The notes beneath the pieces are model-generated. The model had not been told where the DNA came from. It did not search any database and saw only the letters and a list, made by a program, of their open reading frames with translations. A program made the position numbers and the translations under genes. 64,000 bases of DNA. Source: Syncephalis fuscata S228 (taxonomy: Eukaryota > Fungi > Zoopagomycota). Where the stretch lies: NCBI GenBank assembly GCA_025786725.1, contig JAHLTZ010000006.1:434001-498000 (forward strand), read 5' to 3'. This document shows positions 54,038 through 64,000 of this stretch, in pieces (position 1 is the first letter of the stretch; each line of letters starts with the position of its first letter).

Positions 54038-55332
54038 TGCGCTATTGTGCTCTTTATTCACCCACACTTTCTCTCTTTTTATTTTAAATCTATTATCTAT
54101 TCATTCATGTAGCTATGCTTACCCATTTTGTTTATGTGGAATAGTTTTTGTATATTTGAATAGTTTATTTAGATATTGTGCACAATATCTTCTCGATCTA
54201 CATAGTGTCTTTGTTTCAATAGTGCCGGTATTATCTGGAAAATACGCAAATCTCGAGCTATATTACTTTATGGAGAAGTTGTTCTAGTGTTTAAAAAACA
54301 TCCTCTCCTTTTACTCTATCGCCTTCTCTTCTTTCTCGCTAACAGTCATCCAGTAAAGACTTAGTATTCATATAAAGTATGCATATGCGACCATGATGGG
54401 CTTTTTGTCTTTTAAATGTTGGTAATCCTTCCCATATATCACTTTCATTACTTTCGTTTCTTTTCTTTGCGTCGATGATCATTTAGCATTTTATTAAACT
54501 TGATAATACCATCCATCGATTTTGAATTTAGTGTATCATACGACATATGAATGATGTGCATAACAATTGTTTTCCATCTCTGTAATATGTCGTTTAGTTG
54601 CTTAAATCGTATTAGCATATTTACATATTATAGCTAGTTAAACTTGATACAAATACACTCTTAATCATTTTAGTGCTAAATTAATAGTTTATTTTGTTAA
54701 ATTATTATAATTATATTGTGATTTAAGGGTCAAATGACTATATTGAATAACATTTGCGTAATTGAACTGCACATTCAATCTATTGAACATGCTGATTGAT
54801 GTCACTCATCACCCAATGCCATGCTCAATAGAACAAATGTTAGTTTAGATGTGTATTATTGTCGTTTACTCATCCCTTCCTAATTCATATTAAATTTTAA
54901 TAAATTGTTTATAAAAAATACCAATGATAACAATAGTGTGAAATAATACATCACACATTAGCTTAATAATAATAGCATAAGTAAATAAATTGCTGTACTT
55001 AGTCATTACGCTCAAGTAACTATATATTTGCACTATAATTGTTCTACAATAAATAATATATATGTTTTATACAGCACTGATCAATATTTATTCTATAATA
55101 ATATTTATCTAAGTTGATAATCGGTATTGGCACTCACCTATAATATGTTGTTCGCTATAATGTAATATTGATTAAATACTATTTAAAATATGTACATGCA
55201 CAATATCAACAGCCTTATACGTCTTAAAGCATTAATAATTTGCTTACTGTTTTAATGGATTATTCAATTTGGAAACTCAAATATTCAGTATTAAATGTAT
55301 TTGTATTAAATACTTGCAACTAAGCTTTTTAT

Positions 55333-57427
55333 TTATAATATGTATGCTTCATACTGGCCATCCTTTTTATTAATTCGACCAATAACAGCACTTGATACGC
55401 GATATTCGGAATGCGATTCTGGCACATTTCTACTTGGAGTTGGTAGATGTGCTGGCTCAATGGGATTTTGAGACCAATTTACATTGTTGTTTTTAGTTTG
55501 TTCATCGGTAAAACAGGGTGGCGGTTTATAAATATGGCCAGTGCACATATCAACAAACCAACTTTTCCGTCTTCTCCATCAAGCATTGCGCACAATGATC
55601 CAAGAATAGGAGTAAACTTTGTGTGGAACGGGCAAGCAATTGAACGTAACAAGCTACCATCCAGAGCATTTAGCACATCGAATGTTTGATAATTTTGAAC
55701 GACAATCAGTTTTTTACTGTATAGACCTGTGATTTTATTGATGGTTATAGTCCGAGTCCATAATACACGTCCTTGTTCTGAACTACTAATTGGCAGTGAT
55801 TGGTCTTGATCTGTAGCATCGAATATTGATTGTGCTGAATTGTTCGATGATAGCTTTTCAAATACAAAAAACAACAGTAAAGCGTTAAAATTCTCATTAT
55901 GGATTTCGTACTCTTCATCATCTGCATCATGTACAATAACTAAACACATTTTTTCTGTATACGTTTCGGAATTAATTACGGCATTTGGCAATATGGAATA
56001 GAGATCTGGCCCGATAATATTCTTCGATACTTATAATGACCCTTTTGAACGTTATATAATTTCCACTCAGATTCAATACTTGTTTTTCATTATCAGCGTT
56101 TGTGTTGTTTGAGTAGCAGTGAATGCGGAATAATAGTCATATTCTTCAGAGTCACATTTTCAGAGTCATGTCTTCCAAAGCCATATTCTTCATTGTCATG
56201 CATTATTGTCCATCCCAACACTTGGCATTGGTTGCGAGAAGCAAACTAAACACAACCACTTGAATCAAGCTGAGAAAGTGTTATAGTGTTTGCCCATCGT
56301 TTCCCATTAAATCCAATAAATAAAATCCTTGACATGATCCTTGGATAGCGTAAGCCTGTAAGAACATCCAGTTGTCATAAATATCAATTAATCTAGGTGC
56401 AGAAAACATTGCATGGCTATTTGGATCTTTAAGATAAATTATACTGGGAGGTGAGTTGCCAGCAGTGGGCCATACTATAATGGCTTGGTGAAGTCCAGTT
56501 AGCCGTTGAGCTAGGGGTCTAATAGCCGAAGAGGTGCTGGTGTATCCCCCTGAAGCATTAAAAGATCGAGTTTCTTTTTTAATGTACGTTTCCTCCATTT
56601 CAACCATAGTTACTATTTTAATGGCATTAGTAAACAATTAATATATTCATTAATGTTTTAATCATTAGTTACCTATTTTATCACCAGGTTCCACAGGTTC
56701 TACGTAATAATCTGCATTTATATCAACATCGGCTACAACAAATCCACCTGCTTTACGAACAGAGTTAAAACTAAAAATCTGACCAAACAAAACCGATGGT
56801 GAAGGAATAGTCAGTTTTTTCCATGTCATTTCTTCTTTGTTGTGTTCATTTTTCTTGCTAAAAATTATGTCGAGCTAAATATATTCTCGACTTTTTCTTG
56901 TTCTGCACTAACGCATACCAGGATTCACGTCTTCTAGTTCCACTTTTTGAAGTCTTTAATTGGTAGTTTACATAGTTGCTTTCTAAATCGGCCTGCTATA
57001 AAGTTGCGCTTAGTCTGTCGGCGCCGTTGATAAGCGTAAAACCATCAACTGTATCAAAATAAAGATAGATGGTGAACTATTAATAGATGGTATAGTTTTA
57101 CTATCGTTGTTATCAGTAGTTGTAGTGATAGTTTGCAATGGATCTTTTTGCGTTTTCTAATTTATATTCGATGTAGATTTTTTAATTTTGTCGTAGTATT
57201 GATGTGCTGGCTATAATGTGTAAGCCATTCTTGTTCTCGTCGCTCGCCTAGTGAAAATGTTCGTTTATATTTTCGTTCCCAATGATTAGGCTGATCAATT
57301 ATTGTCTGGTAAATAAAACGACTGCTGGAGGCAAAAAGTACCAGTTCTTGACCTTCCATAAAGCGACATAAATACAGTAAAATGTCTTGTTTTGTCAGAA
57401 ATGTCCGATATGCATACTTGAAGACAT
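55333..57427 (-). CDS. F-box-like protein with unknown C-terminal beta-rich region (frameshifted; gene or pseudogene)
   Basis: LTKQDILLYLCRFMEGQELVLFASSSRFIYQTIIDQPNHWERKY fits F-box spacing. Followed by WFYAYQRRRQTKRNFIAGRF and colinear ORFs 56281-56637, 55479-55991 and 55333-55548. Confidence 0.6.
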
Positions 57428-59937
57428 GATGAAATGGAAATAGTTGTGCTAAAAGTACTATTTGATAGACAGAATGAACAGTAGTTGGCGAAAGTAGAAA
57501 GAAAACCTGCACAAATGTGGGTTGCTTTAGTCTATCTATAAATGAATGTTGTTATTAGTAGCAGTAACAACAACACGTGTTTCATTCAAACATTATGTTT
57601 TCAATTTTCGTTATTTTATTCTTTTTATTATTACCAAAATACAATTGAAAAGGCCTTACCTTTACGATTTGAACAAAAGTTCATGGGCTTGCTTGTTTAC
57701 TCGTTTATTCCTCAATTCATCAAATAAATAAGTACTCATCAAATGATTTAGAATGTATTTAACAAAATGATAATATACCACTATAAGTTATTCGCGATTT
57801 AGGTTTATTTTACTTAAATAACATTTATTTGTGGTAATTGCGCTGAATGTCAATAGAAAGTTACATGGAATCAAAATTTTATGATATATAACAATGTTTC
57901 TATTAGCATTAAATCAACTTGGAGTAGAAACTACAATTTAAATGAATTTGCCGTATTATCTTAAACTAACATAATTACAATGACAAATTCTAGTCCTTTA
58001 TTGTAAATAATTAAGTGTTTAGGATTTGTCATATAAAGATAAATATTTATTATTACTTTAATTTGTATTATTTGTTAAAATATATTTGGCAATTTTTGTA
58101 ATAATAATAATAATTGATGAATGTAAGTTATACAATAAATATGTTAGGTGAGCCTAGCAATCGTATATTGCGTTAATTTAAAATAATATTTGTGCAATAT
58201 ATTATATAATTAATTAAATCATAAAACCTCTTGGGATTATCTAGGTAATTATATAAATTTCAAGTGTCTATGTTGATTTTGGAAAATTAAATCAGGCCGC
58301 GCACCATGTTGCATGTTGTGATGACGATGCATTAGATAAAAATCACGTGATGGAGCCTTTAGTAATTAATTTAATTACCATATTTGGTAATATGCATAAT
58401 TAAACTTACAATTGAATGATTGCTTTAGTGAAATAGTAACAACATTATTAAGTATATAGATATATGTATCTATACGTACGTATCGTAAAGTAGACAAAAA
58501 CGAGCAAAGGCGGCTTATTCTTCACCGAATGAATATGATTGGATCAATCCGAAAACGGGATATGCAACCATTCCATGTGTGCATCGCTGCAATCCACCTA
58601 CCCATACACACACGCACACAAAAGTCCATTTCTTTTCGTAGCTCGCCTTAAACTATTCGTATTCGCTGTTTTTACTAATTATTCTAATTGTTATTATTGT
58701 ACTAGTAGTGATTCTGTAGATTTAAGGCTTAGTTCATTATACAGTATTTGTAAAGGTATTGCTGCTATATCCGCCATATTGCAATATAGTGTATTAATAC
58801 TCAGACCTATATAGCCTACTATTATTGCTACTACACTTCCTTACCTTTACTTCTCTCCTCTTATTGCTACTACTACCCCTTGGCACTCCCTCCTCTCCCT
58901 TTTAAATAGCAGTAGCAGTAGCAGCAACGCCGACTCTGACCAGCTATTATAGTCGACGTAGATATATATAATATTTAATTTTAATTCAGCTGTCGCTATT
59001 TTTATACATTTTATATATCATCATCATCTATTGCCTAAGTCTCTGCACTCCAATCACCATCTGATTTTGGGCTAGAATACACCTTATTACAACTAATCTT
59101 TTTATTAGATTAATATATTACACAGCCACAAAGCCTTTTTTTCTCCTGCTTTTCTATACAAGCTGTTGAATGAGCATAGCTGCTGTGAAACCCCTGATTT
59201 AAGTAATTGAAGCTGTTGGTCGACCTTTGTTTTGTCTTACTAATTTCTCCGCTATATTACACGGTACGTACTATAAGGTTTGTAAGCAATTGATGAATGG
59301 TGCTGGAGATCCGTTGAGTATCATAGTTTCATAGTTGGCAGAGATGGTTGTTTGGACAGGTGGTATCTTGGTAACCATTGCCAGTCAGTGGATGAAATGG
59401 CTATGGTCATTTAATAATAATAGCAATAATAATAATGGTTGTTACCATTTTATTGTTATTAATAATGTAATTGCTATATTATAATTATTAACTAAAATGG
59501 TAATATGGCAATTAAATCTATTTTATTATTCAACAAGTGTGTACCTTAGGTGACATGTTGGTTAATGAGCCATTCATTCAGCGCTTACATTGGTTTTTAG
59601 TTGGCAACCAACTTGCTTTTAATTATTTACTGGGCCTGTCCCTAGTAGATTGGCGGGCGACGCTTTTCTTCCGTTTAATACTCTTTCTAGAGTATTGATC
59701 GTTCCGTCTATTTTGTTGTTATTGCTGTCGTTACTGTTGTTACTATTGTCGCTGCCGTTGTATTCATTTTCTCGTCATTATCATTTTATCAAAACGTCTG
59801 TTCATCAAACTGACCTCCTTGTTTCCATTTCGTTTGCTTAATTTAGAGGTTCAATTATTGTTATTACCATTGAGACGAGCTTTGCTCGTTGGCAACTAGA
59901 GGCGCACCAATAGCTCATTCGTGAGAAACGGTCCAGT

Positions 59938-62900
59938 ATGGCTCGTAGACATCGTTCCTCTGCCGTTGAGAACGATGACTCTAATCTCGTACAATTACCG
60001 GCCAATTCTGTCACACCCACTACTGTGGCCCAATTACTAAAAAATCAACATGCTAAAGAGCAGCCGTACACCGACTGCGGTACTACCACTTTGGTATCAG
60101 TCAACCCGGGTCGTGCACTTTCATTGATGCAGGATGAGAGTGCAAAGGCATATGCAAAAGAATACAAAGATATCAATAGTGCCGATACACCATCGCTGCC
60201 ACCGCATGTGTTTGCTCTGGCCTCTAAAGCTTACCTTCATTTGCGCCGTTTGGGTCAAGATCAAGCGGTAGTATTGACGTAAGTGACAAGTTTTGAATTA
60301 TTTTATTATTTTGATTGACAAGCATTGCAACATTAGTGGTACCGCTGGTAGTGGTAAAACAGAAAGTCATAAGGCTTTAGTGCGTCAACTATGTCTTTTG
60401 GCCGCTCATTCAAAGAAGGATGCCAAGATGCACGTGCAGATTCAACAGGCTCAGCATGTTCTTGAAGCCTTTGGCAATACACGCAGTGTCAATAATCCAA
60501 ATGCCTCTCGTTATGGTCTATTTGAAGAACTGCAATTTAATGAGCGTGGCCGTGTTGTCGGCGCCAAATTCCTTACATTTGGCTTTGAAAAGACACGTGT
60601 TGTTGCAACCAATTCACAAGAACGTAGCTTCCATGCCTTTTACTATTTGTTGGCTGGAGCCAGCAGCGAAGAACGTCAACGCTGGCAGCTGCGTGATATT
60701 ACATCATATGCATACCTACGTGGAAGAGCTACACAAATACCTGGGGTAGATGATACACTAAAGTATCAAGAAGTTACCGAAGCTATGCGTGTGTGTGGTA
60801 TCAAAAGCCGTGCTCGCGATCAAATATTCCAATTACTATCAGCAATTCTGCATCTTGGTGAGCTCGAATTTGATGAAGGCGAGTTGCCTGATGATGCGTG
60901 TACGATACGCAATCATGACCAATTAGAAGTTGTTGCCACATTACTTGGTGTAACAACTGCAGCACTTGAAACAGCTTTAACACACCAAACAAAACAAGTT
61001 CGTGGTGATGTGTGCACCGTATTGCTGAATCCCGAGTCAGCACGCCAACATCGAGATGGATTTGCTTGTGCACTTTATTCCTTGCTATTCACATGGCTTG
61101 TTGAATGTCTTAATCAAAAGCTATGTCATGAAGAAGAGACTGTTAATATTGTTGCATTACTCGATCCACAAGGCTTCCGTACTAGCTCTGATAGCTCTAA
61201 TAACAGCAAAGGAGCAGCTACAGCCGACTTTGAAGCATTTTTAACCAATTTTGCAGCTGAACGTGTACAAGCTTATGCATCACGTCGGGCATTTGAAGGT
61301 CCAGTAGATGCTGAAATGCGTGCTGATGGTATACCCACATCTCGTGCACCTTACAGCGATAACTCAGCTTGTATCGAACTACTACGTGGTAGTGATGCCG
61401 ATAAAAAGAAGTGTATATTGGCCATTTTAGATTCAGAAATATCCAAAAAAGACAATATTAATTCAGAAGGACTTGCATCAAAATTAAACCAAAAGCTATC
61501 AAATCATCCCAACTTCTCGTTGGGCTCTGCTAAAAACAACACTTGGACTATAAGCCATTTTGCCGGAAAGGTCAACTATGCCGATCCATATACACTTGAA
61601 AAGCATGCCGACATTTTGGTACCAGATTTAGTAAGCATCTGTCGCGCATCAAAGCTGCCATTCGTGGCTGAACTATTCAGTACTATCGCCATTGCTACCG
61701 AGTCTGATCCACGGGACGATAAAGCTATTGTGGCAGCCCGTCCTCAAGGAAAGCTTATGCGCTCGCCATCTCGTCGATTCAAACGTGATGCCACTCGACT
61801 CAAGGCGTCAAGTGCCAATGGCGACGAACACTCACTAAGTGATAGTCATAACGGCCAAGCGCCTTCCTCGCCTACATTCTCATCAGTTAACAGCAAGAAT
61901 GGCATTGCACGACAATTAGATAATACAATGAGTGAATTTTTTATTACATTAGACGAATGCCGCATCTGGTTCGCATATCATGTACAGCCTAATAGTCAAG
62001 ATATTGCCGGCAATGCATCCGGTGCAGCACCAAAAATTGATGTAAAACATGTACAAGCTCAAGTACAAGCACTATCGCTACCAGAATTGGTACGCCAGCG
62101 ACACGCTGTTCCCGATATGACTATTGGCTTTGGACACGAAGAATTTTTAGAACGCTATGCGCCAATTATTCGATCATTGCAACTTAACGCGTCGCGTCCA
62201 CCACGAGAAAAGATTAATGCATTGGCTATGCTTAATCACTGGGGTGATAATGACATTCGCACGGGTAATCGACGCGTATTTTTATCAGAACCAATTTGGC
62301 GACAATTAGAAAACTCGCTAAAACAGCATGAAAAAGGCGAACGTGGCAAAGATCAGTCCACAAAAGCTGATTCGATTAAAGACAGTTCAGCCGGTAATAG
62401 TGCTGTAGATGAACATCAGGCTCATAGAAACCGTCAATCAGCCGCTTACAGTAGCACAAGTACTGGATTTAATCCTCATGCCGTAAATACACCTGGTGAT
62501 GAAACCAATAGTATACTTAGTGAAGATGGCTACTTTGAAATGCGCAATCATGGTGCTTTTGTGCCGACTATCCGTGGTAATGGCTCTAATAGTGCACGCG
62601 GTAGCACCATTGGTGGTGGTAGTGTCCATGGTGGCCGTAATAGCAGATATGATGATGATAGTGCATCAGCCTATGAATCCATCTATCATGGTGGTGCCAA
62701 TAATAGTGGTACACGTAGTGAGTCTGGCCGCAATGATCATTTACGCCAAATGTGGGGCGATGATCCAGTTAACAATATGGGCAAGATGAATGACAGTGAA
62801 CAAATAGACGAGAAAAATCACGAAGAAGAGGAAGAGGAGGAAGAAGAAGTATCACGTCAGCGTCGTTGCTGGGTCTGCTGTACTTGGGGACTTACCTGGT

Positions 62901-64000
62901 GGATTCCTACCTGCTGTATATCTTCATGCGGCAGAATGAAGCGTGAAGATATCCAAATGGCCTGGCGTGAAAAAGTTGCCATTTGCATTATTATCTTCTT
63001 TTTCTGTCTTATATCGTGCTGTTTATTGTACTACTACCGTCTATGCTTTGTCCCAAGTCATATGTGTTTTCAACTGAAGAAGTGGGCTATCATCAAGGCC
63101 CTGATGATCTGTTTATGTCGATTTACGGTGTTGTGTATGATGTTAGTATATTTGCACGCAATGGACACGGATCTGTGCAACGAAAGGCATCTAAGGACGA
63201 CATGCTACAATTTGGTGGCCAGGATGTCACGCCATTGTTCCCATTGCCACTGACAGAAGCATGTCCAGGATTGGTTTCAAAGACCTACGTAGAAGTTAAA
63301 GACAATCGTACATTGACCATGAACGCGTTTGTGCATCGATCAGGCGATGATCCTCGAGTAGATGTTACTTCAGATTTACATCAACAAAATTGGTATAAAA
63401 ATCATGTACTTACTACATTAAAGCGTAGCCGAAAAGGTGAAGTGGCATTTGAAACGAAGCAAGTCGCCGATGAAGCGCGTATTAATAATCGCCGTTGGTG
63501 TATCATTGACCAAAATGTTATTGATTTGACATATTACTACGATACGTTAGCGGATCCATCAGCAGCTGCACTTAATCTAACTGAATTTACGTATTTCACA
63601 AAGGCTATTGATCCACTATTCACGGAATACAATGGTCAAGATAATACAAAACGATTCCAGCAACTCAATCCACCCGTGTTCCGTAAAATGGTGCGCAACT
63701 GTATGATGAACGCTTTTAAAGTGGGTGTAGTTGATCAACGACACTCTATTCGATGCCAATTGGCCGACTATCTACTATTGACGACTGCCTGTCTTATAGT
63801 GGCAGTAATTTTTGTTAAATTCTTGGCTGCATTGCAATTAGGAACACGTCGAAATCCTGAAGATCATGACAAATTTGTCATTTGTCAGGTGCCGTGCTAT
63901 ACTGAAGGTGAAGATTCACTACAGCAAGCATTTGAGTCGTTAGCCATGCTTAATTACGACGACAAGCGTAAACTGATCTTTGTTATTGCTGATGGTATGA
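59938..64000 (+). CDS. Chitin synthase with N-terminal myosin motor domain (class V-like); partial, runs off the window
   Basis: LPPHVFALA, P-loop GTAGSGKT, LEAFGN...NPNASRYG, ERSFHAFYYL, QMAWREKVAIC, a cytochrome b5-like region (GGQDVTPLFP), VKFLAALQL and ICQVPCYTEGEDSL...YDDKRKLIFVIADGM. Intron ~60279-60336; apparent indel near 63015. Confidence 0.95.

Noticed and set aside
59170-59220. TPP-riboswitch-like string (TGAAACCCCTGAT...GTAAT...AGC) in the chitin synthase 5' region
   Set aside because: It lacks the CUGAGA motif and pairing stems, and the downstream gene is unrelated to thiamine.
59938-64000. Myosin-chitin synthase fusion as a novelty
   Set aside because: This is the well-known class V/VII fungal architecture; the degenerate switch II (DPQGF) is not unusual for it.

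Overview
Eukaryotic, AT-rich, intron-containing fungal DNA with short introns and tightly packed convergent gene pairs. Gene content suggests an early-diverging fungus, possibly a Zoopagomycota mycoparasite such as Syncephalis (inference, not verified). About 19 protein-coding loci, in order: Rtt107/Brc1-like multi-BRCT protein (partial), Hst3/4-type sirtuin, aspartate-semialdehyde dehydrogenase, CorA-type Mg transporter, P5-type ATPase with a signal peptide and Cys-rich ectodomain, amidase, secreted pseudokinase, PITH protein, TSC1/hamartin, YKT6, Treslin/Sld3-like origin-firing factor, UGO1, ATP11, a nucleotidyltransferase-ankyrin fusion, a b561-like membrane protein, an orphan hydrophobic ORF, an orphan low-complexity protein, an F-box protein, and a myosin-motor chitin synthase (partial). 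There is also a decayed 1.24-kb Mutator-like (MULE) element with terminal inverted repeats. Single-base indels break many conserved genes and are most likely consensus errors, so exon coordinates are approximate. Best leads: (1) the nucleotidyltransferase plus ankyrin receptor-like protein; (2) a fungal Sld3 that seems to keep the metazoan/plant Treslin N-terminal vWA (CIT) domain; (3) a P5 ATPase with an extracellular Cys-rich domain and a non-canonical SPLLP TM4 motif; (4) a secreted pseudokinase effector candidate. All family assignments are by motif recognition, with no database search.
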